Of a DNA stretch of 64,000 nt, positions 11,191 through 19,432 are shown in pieces. The position numbers and the translations under genes are program-made. Where the stretch lies: positions 32,001 through 96,000 of IMG/VR virus record IMGVR_UViG_3300037851_000359; one strand, written 5' to 3'. Below the pieces are notes generated by a model that had not been told where the DNA came from, searched no databases, and saw nothing but the letters and a program-made list of their open reading frames with translations. Each line of letters begins with the position of its first letter. Position 1 is the first letter of the stretch. The stretch comes from a virus.

Positions 11191-11219
11191 AAAAAAGGGC
11201 ATATAAAATGCCCTTTTTT
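11191..11219. terminator. Rho-independent terminator (bidirectional shape)
   Basis: AAAAAAGGGCAT-ATAAA-ATGCCCTTTTTT. Confidence 0.8.
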
Positions 11220-11240
11220 ATTATTATAATTATTCAATTA

Positions 11241-11984
11241 TCATTTTTTAGCATAGCGAGCAGTATAATAGGCTTTCCAATCTTTTTTACCTAATGTAGT
11301 AGGATGCCGTGATTCATCTAATTTTTGTTCTGCGGTATCATCTTCATCGCTTTCTTGTAATTCTTCATCTTCTTTGGGTTCGTCAACGTCGGCTGGGGGA
11401 ACATCACCAGCAGGAGCATCCGTAGGAGGAACATCACCGGCAGGAGGCATATCACCACCAACAGGGGCATCACCTACTGGAGGCATATCACCAGCAGGAA
11501 CATCACCGGCAGGAATTTCATCTTTTGGTTCAATAAGATTAGCAGCATCATGAATAGAAGCATATTTATCAGTTGGGTATACAACTACAGTAAATGAACC
11601 TTGTTGATCATCATTAACAACACCTTTAAATATACCATTTGCATCAGCTTTTAATTCGATATCAGTTGGAAGATTAGTTAAGGTTTTTTGAATAAATGAA
11701 TCAGTCTTCATTTGAGATTCTTGATCCATATCGGTGGTATCACCTTCAGGAGCATCAGTCGCAACGGGTTCAGGAGTAGCAGGATCAACCGGAGCATCAT
11801 CTGTAGGAGCAGGAACATCAGGGGTATCTACTGGATCCGTATCTTCAGGTTTTTCTTCCTCTTTGATAGGCATTTTCATGCTTTCAGTAAGCATTTTTTG
11901 ATACGCACCCTTTAATGATTCATTTAATTTAACATGTTTTTCATGTAATTCTTCACGCTTACTGGCATCGTAATATTTTTTCAT
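11241..11984 (-). CDS. Acidic Pro/Asp-rich late protein (scaffold/internal-protein-like)
   Basis: PAGD(V/M)P repeats; AAGGAG RBS; late promoter upstream. Confidence 0.6.
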   Translation of the reverse strand: MKKYYDASKREELHEKHVKLNESLKGAYQKMLTESMKMPIKEEEKPEDTDPVDTPDVPAPTDDAPVDPATPEPVATDAPEGDTTDMDQESQMKTDSFIQKTLTNLPTDIELKADANGIFKGVVNDDQQGSFTVVVYPTDKYASIHDAANLIEPKDEIPAGDVPAGDMPPVGDAPVGGDMPPAGDVPPTDAPAGDVPPADVDEPKEDEELQESDEDDTAEQKLDESRHPTTLGKKDWKAYYTARYAKK

Positions 11985-12009
11985 TTCTAAACTCCTTGGT
12001 TTATATTAT

Positions 12010-12017
12010 TATTTATA
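12010..12017 (-). promoter_or_regulatory. Late promoter TATAAATA
   Basis: Exact motif in intergenic gap upstream of 11984. Confidence 0.55.
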
Positions 12018-12036
12018 ATCCCAAATCATATTTTTA

Positions 12037-12561
12037 TTAAATTATTTGGATAAAAACCTTGTTACTTAAATCTTTTACAGATTGTTTATCATATCCAATT
12101 CCATTTTTCTCTAATAATGCGGTAATATCTGAAGCAATAGTTGTATCTGAATCTGTAAATTGAAACAGTAATCCAGGTTTATCAGAATTATTTTCATCCT
12201 TTACAAATGTTATTTTTAAATTTTCTTTTTCATTTCCAGTGTTATCAAAAATAACTGTAGCTTCTCCTGTAGGATCAATAGTAGAATCACCTAATAATTT
12301 AATCTTAGGAATTAATGATTCCCAATATGTATCATGATCAGGATTATTACTTGGAACATCTATTTTTTTATAAGAATCTGATACAGTTTCTTGAATTATT
12401 GAAAAATTCTCTTTAAATAAATCTTGAATAACCTTTTTGGTTCCAGTTTCTTTTGATTTAATTACTAAAGGATGTTCTGGAATTGGTTTTGGAATAATTT
12501 CTTCATTTTTTAATATTTTTATCAATATTTCATTTAAATATTTTTTATATTCTTCAGTCAT
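12037..12561 (-). CDS. Hypothetical protein
   Basis: 174-aa ORF with RBS. Confidence 0.6.
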   Translation of the reverse strand: MTEEYKKYLNEILIKILKNEEIIPKPIPEHPLVIKSKETGTKKVIQDLFKENFSIIQETVSDSYKKIDVPSNNPDHDTYWESLIPKIKLLGDSTIDPTGEATVIFDNTGNEKENLKITFVKDENNSDKPGLLFQFTDSDTTIASDITALLEKNGIGYDKQSVKDLSNKVFIQII

Positions 12562-12568
12562 AATTCCC

Positions 12569-12874
12569 TCATGCTACATATTTTAATCGTCTTTTCAATT
12601 TTTTAATTGTAAATATACAATTATCTGCTTTATATTTATACAATTCAAGCATATCATTTATTAATAAAGATTTTTTTATTTTTTCTAAGGTATTAAAATA
12701 TAATCGTAATTCAGCATTCGTATGACAATAATGAATAACATTATGACATGTTCTACAAACATATATAACGTCATTACCTTTTTTTGACCCATTTAAAGAT
12801 GGATGCAAATGATGATACGTCATATAATCTTTTTTATGGTTTCTATTACATAATGGACAAACAAAATAGTCCAT
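12569..12874 (-). CDS. HNH endonuclease-like protein
   Basis: CPLC...TYHHLHP...CRTCHNVIH. Confidence 0.75.
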   Translation of the reverse strand: MDYFVCPLCNRNHKKDYMTYHHLHPSLNGSKKGNDVIYVCRTCHNVIHYCHTNAELRLYFNTLEKIKKSLLINDMLELYKYKADNCIFTIKKLKRRLKYVA

Positions 12875-12927
12875 TATCCAATGACCGTATAATTATTGAG
12901 GATCATCAAGAATTATTTATAAATCAT

Positions 12928-13464
12928 TTAATCAAAATCATATATTTTTTCGTTATCTGGATTTCTTAAATACAAATAAGCATCGAAATCATTAAATTCT
13001 GTTTCAGCTTTTTCAATCATCCAAAATGCTGGTTCAATATACGGGAAAAAGGTATCAGCATTTTCAACTTCAACATTTTTCATAATATTAATATACATTT
13101 TATCAACAACATTTTTATGCAATGCATCATCATACAATTTCCCACCACCAATAATAAATACTTCTTCTACTCCATTTTCATGCAATTCAGTCAATGTTTC
13201 AATTAAATCATTTTGATATAATGGGCCGAATGGATTATCTGACATATGATCTATTAATGATTCATCTGATGTTAAAACTATATTAAAACGTTCTTTTAAT
13301 GGTTTTCCATTTAATGATTTCCAAGTATTTTTTCCCATTATTATAGGATGGCCAATCGTTAAGGATTTGAAATATTGTAAATCTTCTTTTGAATGCCAAG
13401 GAATTTTTCCATTTTTTCCTATGGCTTGATTTTTATCCATTGCCACTATTATTGATATATCCAT
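12928..13464 (-). CDS. frd: Dihydrofolate reductase
   Basis: IGKNGKIPW, DLQYFK, IIMGKNTW, IIGGG, DTFFP. Confidence 0.95.
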   Translation of the reverse strand: MDISIIVAMDKNQAIGKNGKIPWHSKEDLQYFKSLTIGHPIIMGKNTWKSLNGKPLKERFNIVLTSDESLIDHMSDNPFGPLYQNDLIETLTELHENGVEEVFIIGGGKLYDDALHKNVVDKMYINIMKNVEVENADTFFPYIEPAFWMIEKAETEFNDFDAYLYLRNPDNEKIYDFD

Positions 13465-13995
13465 TTATTTTTCCACAAAAATGGGAAATTTTTCGTCATG
13501 ACTATATCTATCAAATTTAAATCGTTTCTGTAACAATTCATATTCATTATGAGACATTGTTTCTACAGAAAGATGAATTTGAGGCATTTCAAATTCATCT
13601 TTTTTTCTAGATTCTAATGGTTTTTGATATATAAAATATAACCTAACATCATATTCGTCAAAATTATTTCCAAAAAATGTTTTCTTATCTTTTTCAATTT
13701 TTGTTAATACTGGTTCTTGATTAATAAAATATTTAGCATAATCATATTTAGTTAATTCAGATTCTAGAGTTATCATACCATCTTCCACACATTGAAACCA
13801 CCAATACGATGGCACATCATCAATTTCTCTTTTTTGTTCATCTGTTGAATTATTCCAAATATTTTCTAATTGTTCTTCTAAAATAGTTTCTTCCTTACTA
13901 AATTTTAATAAATTTGTTATTCTTAATTTAGAGATTTGTTTTTGAATCTCTAAATATTTTTTAGCATTTTCGGTTAATTGTTGGTCGAATTTCAT
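13465..13995 (-). CDS. Hypothetical protein
   Basis: Tightly packed 176-aa ORF. Confidence 0.6.
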   Translation of the reverse strand: MKFDQQLTENAKKYLEIQKQISKLRITNLLKFSKEETILEEQLENIWNNSTDEQKREIDDVPSYWWFQCVEDGMITLESELTKYDYAKYFINQEPVLTKIEKDKKTFFGNNFDEYDVRLYFIYQKPLESRKKDEFEMPQIHLSVETMSHNEYELLQKRFKFDRYSHDEKFPIFVEK

Positions 13996-13997
13996 AA

Positions 13998-14264
13998 TTA
14001 AAATCCTTCTGATTGAGCAATAACATCAGAATTATTCTCTAATTGTTCAAAAATTTCAACATATTCTTGGTCAACATCAGTACCACCATCATTGATGGTA
14101 ACAGTTGAATAATAAATTTCAACAGATGACATTTTTTTAAAATCCCCATACATTTTCAATATTGATTTACTCTTTTGGGGCAATTTTTCAAAGGTTTCAG
14201 TGTTCATTATAATTAAATATGATGATGATGAAGAATTAGTTATGAAATCAGTTTTAATTTTCAT
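13998..14264 (-). CDS. TNSSSSS-motif small protein, copy 3
   Basis: MKIKTDFITNSSSSSY; AAGGA RBS. Confidence 0.75.
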   Translation of the reverse strand: MKIKTDFITNSSSSSYLIIMNTETFEKLPQKSKSILKMYGDFKKMSSVEIYYSTVTINDGGTDVDQEYVEIFEQLENNSDVIAQSEGF

Positions 14265-14560
14265 GGTTGGTTCCTTTTATTTGGTGCATATTAAAAATTA
14301 TCTGAGGAAGTTATAACGGTTTCATCCTTTTCCAACTGACGATAAATATTACAATACATAGAATCATCCTCATTCCACCCGCTATCAGATATAACTATGG
14401 TAGAACAATAAACATTCATATTACCCAATTTTTTAAATTGTCCATAACTTTTTAATAGTCGTTGATGATCTTTTGATAATGTATTAAATTTATCTTCAGT
14501 CATTACAATTAAATATGATGATGATGAAGAATTAGTTATGAAATCAGTTTTAATTTTCAT
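14211..14560. repeat. 54-nt perfect direct repeat (14211-14264 and 14507-14560)
   Basis: Identical 5' ends of the two paralogs. Confidence 0.9.
14291..14560 (-). CDS. TNSSSSS-motif small protein, copy 2
   Basis: MKIKTDFITNSSSSSY from ATG 14560. Confidence 0.75.
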   Translation of the reverse strand: MKIKTDFITNSSSSSYLIVMTEDKFNTLSKDHQRLLKSYGQFKKLGNMNVYCSTIVISDSGWNEDDSMYCNIYRQLEKDETVITSSDNF

Positions 14561-14585
14561 AGTTTTCGCCTTGTTTAAAATTATT

Positions 14586-14629
14586 CTCAAATTTTTCTCA
14601 AATTTTTCTCAAATTTTTCTCAAATTTTT
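14586..14629. repeat. Tandem repeat (CTCAAATTTTT)x4
   Basis: Four perfect 11-nt copies. Confidence 0.9.
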
Positions 14630-14990
14630 CAACCGCAGTAATAACATTTTTATATGTTACATATTTATTTTTAAGATATTCTGTCATAGTTTTCTCTGTC
14701 CATCCTAAATGGTGGGCCATGATATAAAATAAATCTTCTTTTTTAACTCGTTTAAATTGGCATATTGGACAATGTTTTTCTGCTACATACTCTTCATCTT
14801 CATCAGTATATTCAATATCTTCATCACCATTGCGTATCAAATAATCTGATAAAAACGTGTGGCCATTTTGGCATTGAACCAAATCAAAATCTGAAAGAGA
14901 AGCATCCCTTTCGCTAAATATTTCTCCTGAAACATCACAAATATAAGAGGATGATGAAGAATTGGTTATAAAATCAAGTTTGAACTTCAT
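14598..14990 (-). CDS. TNSSSSS-motif protein with Cys/His metal-binding motifs, copy 1
   Basis: MKFKLDFITNSSSSSYICD...CQNGH...CPIC. Confidence 0.75.
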   Translation of the reverse strand: MKFKLDFITNSSSSSYICDVSGEIFSERDASLSDFDLVQCQNGHTFLSDYLIRNGDEDIEYTDEDEEYVAEKHCPICQFKRVKKEDLFYIMAHHLGWTEKTMTEYLKNKYVTYKNVITAVEKFEKNLRKI

Positions 14991-15205
14991 TTGGTTCCTT
15001 TCGTCAAGATGGTTAGCATTTCAATTACGACCTTTTTAAAGTCATCATCGGTTTCTACTTCTCTACCAAGCCAATAAATTTTTCCTGACATTTCGATTTT
15101 AATTATTGGGGTTTCTTGATTTCCAAAGTTAATTGTATAATTAGAATTATAATCCGTTAATAGATACTTTGTATCATTTGTATAAATTATTTCTGATTCA
15201 GTCAT
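14987..15205 (-). CDS. Hypothetical protein
   Basis: AAGGA RBS before ATG 15205 (MTESE); the longer ORF-track start overlaps the tRNA. Confidence 0.6.
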   Translation of the reverse strand: MTESEIIYTNDTKYLLTDYNSNYTINFGNQETPIIKIEMSGKIYWLGREVETDDDFKKVVIEMLTILTKGTK

Positions 15206-15223
15206 ATTATTTTCCTTTAAAAA

Positions 15224-15296
15224 TGCTGATAGTCTGCAACGATCAGACAACCTACCGTTTACAAAACGGTTGCTCTGCCAATTGAGCTATATCAGC
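15224..15296 (-). tRNA. tRNA-Thr(UGU), no encoded CCA
   Basis: Cloverleaf GCTGATA/TATCAGC, D stem GCTC/GAGC, anticodon arm ACCGT-TTTGTAA-ACGGT, T arm GTCTG-ATCGTTG-CAGAC. Confidence 0.9.
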
Positions 15297-15310
15297 ATAT
15301 GTTGATAATT

Positions 15311-15338
15311 ATTTTAACCCAAAAAATATTTTTGTCAA
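15311..15338 (-). promoter_or_regulatory. sigma70-like promoter TTGACA-N16-TAAAAT
   Basis: Directly upstream of the tRNA. Confidence 0.75.
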
Positions 15339-15346
15339 CCAATAAT

Positions 15347-15778
15347 TCAATTATTTATAATTTTATTATAATAAGATTCGGGAATTTGTACAACAATTCG
15401 ATCAATATGAGATAATTCTATTGTTGTATAATGGCACCGATCCTGAACAAACACACTATAATTATCAAACTTATCTTTAGGAGGAACGGAAACATCAACT
15501 TCAAAATAAAAAACCTTAACCTCGCCTATATAACCACTTACGCAAAATGTAGCATTAATATAATAATTCGATGAATTTATATATTTAAATATAATATTTG
15601 AATCAATGATATTATTATATTTCTTATAATCTTGAATGATTTCAACCCAACCAGGATAATTATTTAACCAAATAGTTTCTTGATATAATCTTTCATAATT
15701 ATCACTATCCTCATTATTATCTATTTCGTTGGAACAACCAACTAATAATAGTAACAGGATTAAAAAATAATGTTTCAT
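15347..15778 (-). CDS. Putative lipoprotein
   Basis: MKHYFLILLLLLVGC lipobox. Confidence 0.65.
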   Translation of the reverse strand: MKHYFLILLLLLVGCSNEIDNNEDSDNYERLYQETIWLNNYPGWVEIIQDYKKYNNIIDSNIIFKYINSSNYYINATFCVSGYIGEVKVFYFEVDVSVPPKDKFDNYSVFVQDRCHYTTIELSHIDRIVVQIPESYYNKIINN

Positions 15779-15781
15779 AAA

Positions 15782-16264
15782 TTATCCTTCGTTTATAATA
15801 TTATATGTTCCATCTACTTTTATTTTCCAATTGACAATTTTTGTCAATGGCATTTTTTCATTTTTAATATAATCAGGGAACCAATAATACGTTCCATTTT
15901 CATTTATTTCAGAATTAAATTGAATATTTAACGAAAATTGATACATATTATCAGTTGTTCCTATTATATAAATATGATAATATTCCGAAAATTTATTATT
16001 ACTAACAAAATTAAAATCAATTGGAGCGATAACAACCCCATTGTCATATTTTTCCCAATATTGATTTAAAGTGACTTTTCCAATTTCTTTCATTCCGTCA
16101 ACCACAACTAATGATATTTGATAATACTGACTTTCAATAACTTGATGATATTTAATAGTATGTTCTTCAGTTTCTTCTGGGGGTGTGGTATTTAAATAAT
16201 CCTTTTTAGTTGCACAAGACATTAAAAATAATAAAAACACTAAAAGTTTTTTCATAATATCCAC
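15782..16264 (-). CDS. Putative lipoprotein
   Basis: MKKLLVFLLFLMSC lipobox; likely start at MKK. Confidence 0.6.
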   Translation of the reverse strand: MDIMKKLLVFLLFLMSCATKKDYLNTTPPEETEEHTIKYHQVIESQYYQISLVVVDGMKEIGKVTLNQYWEKYDNGVVIAPIDFNFVSNNKFSEYYHIYIIGTTDNMYQFSLNIQFNSEINENGTYYWFPDYIKNEKMPLTKIVNWKIKVDGTYNIINEG

Positions 16265-16316
16265 CCAATACTAAAGACGACTATAAAATAATTTCTGGAC
16301 TATTATAAATAATAAC

Positions 16317-16529
16317 ATGAAAGATATTAATTATTATTTAGTCAAACAAGATGATCAATCGTATGCTTTTTATCAATTAATCAAAGATAATGATAATTAT
16401 TATTTTGTATCACAACATAAACAATATTTAGAAGGTTATTGTTTAGATGATCTAAAAATAAAATTTAAATTATTTGAAAAAGCTATGGAAAATTGTATTA
16501 ATTATTCTGATATTAAAAAATTATGTTGA
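16317..16529 (+). CDS. Small hypothetical protein behind a late promoter (16304-16311)
   Basis: TATAAATA directly upstream of ATG. Confidence 0.55.
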   Translation: MKDINYYLVKQDDQSYAFYQLIKDNDNYYFVSQHKQYLEGYCLDDLKIKFKLFEKAMENCINYSDIKKLC

Positions 16530-16912
16530 AATTGTTTATAACAATTGGTAATCATATTATAATCTTTAATATGTAAATATTTTATATCTTCAATACAAAC
16601 TATTTTATTATATTTTTTATAAACTACTCCAGAGCATAATTTTAGAGTTGAAAACCAATCTAAATAATTTTTATTATCTATTCGAATATAAGACAATTTA
16701 TATTGATCTTCAATAGATAAATTATGATAATTTATTGCATACCCATGTTCATCTATTTTAATATAAGGATAATCATGATGATCTATTGGATGACTTTGTT
16801 CAATAGGATAATCATATTTTAAAAATATTTTAGCCTCTTCAAGAGTCAAATTTAAAGAATCAGTATCATATTGGGAACCGTACCCAAAAGTTATAATTGA
16901 TCGTTCTTCCAT
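16502..16912 (-). CDS. Hypothetical protein
   Basis: ORF with RBS. Confidence 0.55.
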   Translation of the reverse strand: MEERSIITFGYGSQYDTDSLNLTLEEAKIFLKYDYPIEQSHPIDHHDYPYIKIDEHGYAINYHNLSIEDQYKLSYIRIDNKNYLDWFSTLKLCSGVVYKKYNKIVCIEDIKYLHIKDYNMITNCYKQFQHNFLISE

Positions 16913-16916
16913 TGGA

Positions 16917-17408
16917 TTATTTCCTTAATTTATTAATAAGGTGGATAACTTTATCTTTTTCAAATGAGGATAATGAATCAATAAACAATTTTCCATTCAG
17001 ATGATCAATTTCATGTTGAACAACTATAGCAAATAATCCTTTACAATGATATTCCTGATCTTTATTTTCAATATCTTTATATTTCAACGTTAATTCTTGG
17101 AATCTTTTATTTTTTGCAGTTATTTTAGGCAATGATAAACAAGATTCTTTATAAAATATTTGTCCAACAGGATTTACAATAGAAGGATTAAAAATCATTT
17201 CTGGGCAATCAGAAGGCAAGGAATTAGATTTCTTAACCACAAAAAAGGATTCTAACATTCCAACTTGTTTAGCAGCAAGAGCATATCCATTCAATAAATT
17301 GCATTCTTTGATCATCTGAACGCAAGTATCAAAATATTTCGATGGATCATCCACCGGAATTGATACGTTATACAAAAATGGGTCAGGATATTTAATTAAT
17401 TGTTTCAT
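16917..17408 (-). CDS. def: Peptide deformylase
   Basis: GYALAAKQVG, ESCLS, QHEIDHLNG. Confidence 0.9.
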   Translation of the reverse strand: MKQLIKYPDPFLYNVSIPVDDPSKYFDTCVQMIKECNLLNGYALAAKQVGMLESFFVVKKSNSLPSDCPEMIFNPSIVNPVGQIFYKESCLSLPKITAKNKRFQELTLKYKDIENKDQEYHCKGLFAIVVQHEIDHLNGKLFIDSLSSFEKDKVIHLINKLRK

Positions 17409-17415
17409 GGGTCAT

Positions 17416-17443
17416 ATTATGCATATAAATTAATTTATGTCAA
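17416..17443 (-). promoter_or_regulatory. sigma70-like promoter TTGACA-N16-CATAAT
   Basis: Upstream of def; position implies a near-leaderless mRNA. Confidence 0.6.
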
Positions 17444-17822
17444 GATATTTCTGTGTATCAAAATAATGATTTTTTGTTCTTAAAAACATATTTTCAACTC
17501 TTAAAAATGATGTTTCATTATCAAAAATATGACAATAATTAAGAGATTTTATAGTTTTTAATTTATTAAATACTTCAAAATTTTTGTTATTAACATCATT
17601 ATCAATTTTAGTTGATGATATTAAAATAACATTTCCTGGCAAATTTTTAATATCTTGCCAAGTTATTGATTCTAATTGTTTCCAATAATTTATCAATTTT
17701 TTATTAGAAAATTTATGAATCCATAGATAATCTTGAAAACCATATTCCTCACTAATTAAACAAAGTTTTTCATTATTTTTTAATTTTAGATTAAAATTCT
17801 TTAAAAATATTTTATAATTCAT
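17430..17822 (-). CDS. Hypothetical protein
   Basis: ORF overlapping its neighbour by ATGA. Confidence 0.55.
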   Translation of the reverse strand: MNYKIFLKNFNLKLKNNEKLCLISEEYGFQDYLWIHKFSNKKLINYWKQLESITWQDIKNLPGNVILISSTKIDNDVNNKNFEVFNKLKTIKSLNYCHIFDNETSFLRVENMFLRTKNHYFDTQKYLDIN

Positions 17823-18103
17823 TGGAACATTCCTTCCTCGTCAAAGTTTGCGATTTCTAATAATATATCGCCATGGCATTTTTTTGGCGAACAATAACAA
17901 ACTAAATCTTTTCCTTTTAATTCTTTTTTAGCATCACTTAATAATTCAGGTTGATTCATTATCCAGTTTTTGTATTTCGCTATAACTTCTGTCCTTGTTC
18001 CATCTTTTCCAATGATAAACGGATTTCCCCATTTTGATGGGCGACCAATAAAAACTGATCCGGCAGGAATATTATCTTTAGAACGATTTAAAACTTTAGG
18101 CAT
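17819..18103 (-). CDS. DUF4326 domain protein
   Basis: IGRPSKWGNPF, LKGKDLVCYCSP, CHGDIL. Confidence 0.9.
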   Translation of the reverse strand: MPKVLNRSKDNIPAGSVFIGRPSKWGNPFIIGKDGTRTEVIAKYKNWIMNQPELLSDAKKELKGKDLVCYCSPKKCHGDILLEIANFDEEGMFQ

Positions 18104-18542
18104 ATTTTTTTAAATTTTTTATTAAAAATTCATAATAATCAGTTAAATTATTAAAATTATCTGGAACACGATTCCAACAATTTGGATGTTGAATAACATT
18201 TTTATAATTATTATCTATTAATAATTTAAACATTTGATCTGATTTTTCGATATTTAATGAATGAATAACAATTAATTTAAAAGAATCTAAAATATCTTTT
18301 CGAATAGTTAATAAATACTCTAACAAATCCATTCCTGTTTCGTCAGGAAGAATTGAATATTCTAAATCATGATCCAGCATTAAAATGTCATATTTTAAAT
18401 TACCGGCATAAATTTTTTCTAAAAGATCAACAGCATAAGAATAGGTCGTTTCTCTACAAATAATAGAATTACTTAAAACTTTTTTAAGTTTTTTGAATCT
18501 ATCGTCATCGTCTTCAAGCATGAATATATGCATGGGCATCAT
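18096..18542 (-). CDS. Cyclic-phosphate-processing receiver-domain-like protein
   Basis: LEDDDDR, LDHDL, TGMDLL, IHSLN. Confidence 0.7.
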   Translation of the reverse strand: MMPMHIFMLEDDDDRFKKLKKVLSNSIICRETTYSYAVDLLEKIYAGNLKYDILMLDHDLEYSILPDETGMDLLEYLLTIRKDILDSFKLIVIHSLNIEKSDQMFKLLIDNNYKNVIQHPNCWNRVPDNFNNLTDYYEFLIKNLKKYA

Positions 18543-18557
18543 TCTCGGTTTAAAAAA

Positions 18558-18980
18558 TTATAAGTCAACATGTTTCTTCAACCAAACCTGAAGATAACCA
18601 GTACAATTAACAAATTTATTAATAGTTTCTAAATCTATTTTATTATTTTTAACGTCATCAACAGAAAATGAAATTATTGTTAGGTTATCTTTGACAATAG
18701 ATAAATTTTTCATAATATCATCTTTTTCAATAGGGGCGGTAAATAATCCAGAAGAATTCATTAATTCAATATTTTTTTCAATTTCCTCAAAATTTGGATT
18801 TGAGTATTTTTGGACCATTTCTTTAAAACTATTATAAACATTTTCTTTTGAACCATGTTTTAAAACAACATAAAATTCGGAATCATATAAAAATGATACT
18901 ATTGATCCGCAATCAATAGTATCATGTGGCATTTCAAAATAAAACTTATCATTTTTTAGATAATAATAAAAATCATCCAT
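18558..18980 (-). CDS. Hypothetical protein
   Basis: ORF with RBS. Confidence 0.55.
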   Translation of the reverse strand: MDDFYYYLKNDKFYFEMPHDTIDCGSIVSFLYDSEFYVVLKHGSKENVYNSFKEMVQKYSNPNFEEIEKNIELMNSSGLFTAPIEKDDIMKNLSIVKDNLTIISFSVDDVKNNKIDLETINKFVNCTGYLQVWLKKHVDL

Positions 18981-18991
18981 GATAATATTCC

Positions 18992-19432
18992 TTAGTTATT
19001 TTGCAAGAATGATTCGATATTATTTAATTCTAATTCAGTTTTTGCTTCTTCGCTTATTAATGAATTGAGTTGTTGTTGTGTTTTATCTAGTTGTGCAGAT
19101 TTTTTATTATATTTAATCAAATCAATTCGTTGTTTAAAATCATGAATCCAATCATTTATTGAAAAATTTGATACCATTAATGGTTCAGTATTAACATTAA
19201 GAATAGAAGATGCTTTATTATAATAATCTTGAATTATTAAAATTTTTGACATAATTTCGATTATTGATTGAATATCATTAAGAGTATTCAGGTTATAACT
19301 TTCATTTGAAAGTTTTAGAATAGCATTTGTTTTAAATGATATTTTTGGTTTTGATCCCAAATTCTTTTTTTGGGTTTCAACCATTTCTAATAGTTGTTTG
19401 ATTTTTTGATCATTATTTGTTTTCGGTGTCAT
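18992..19432 (-). CDS. Hypothetical coiled-coil phage protein
   Basis: Coupled to the upstream gene. Confidence 0.6.
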   Translation of the reverse strand: MTPKTNNDQKIKQLLEMVETQKKNLGSKPKISFKTNAILKLSNESYNLNTLNDIQSIIEIMSKILIIQDYYNKASSILNVNTEPLMVSNFSINDWIHDFKQRIDLIKYNKKSAQLDKTQQQLNSLISEEAKTELELNNIESFLQNN

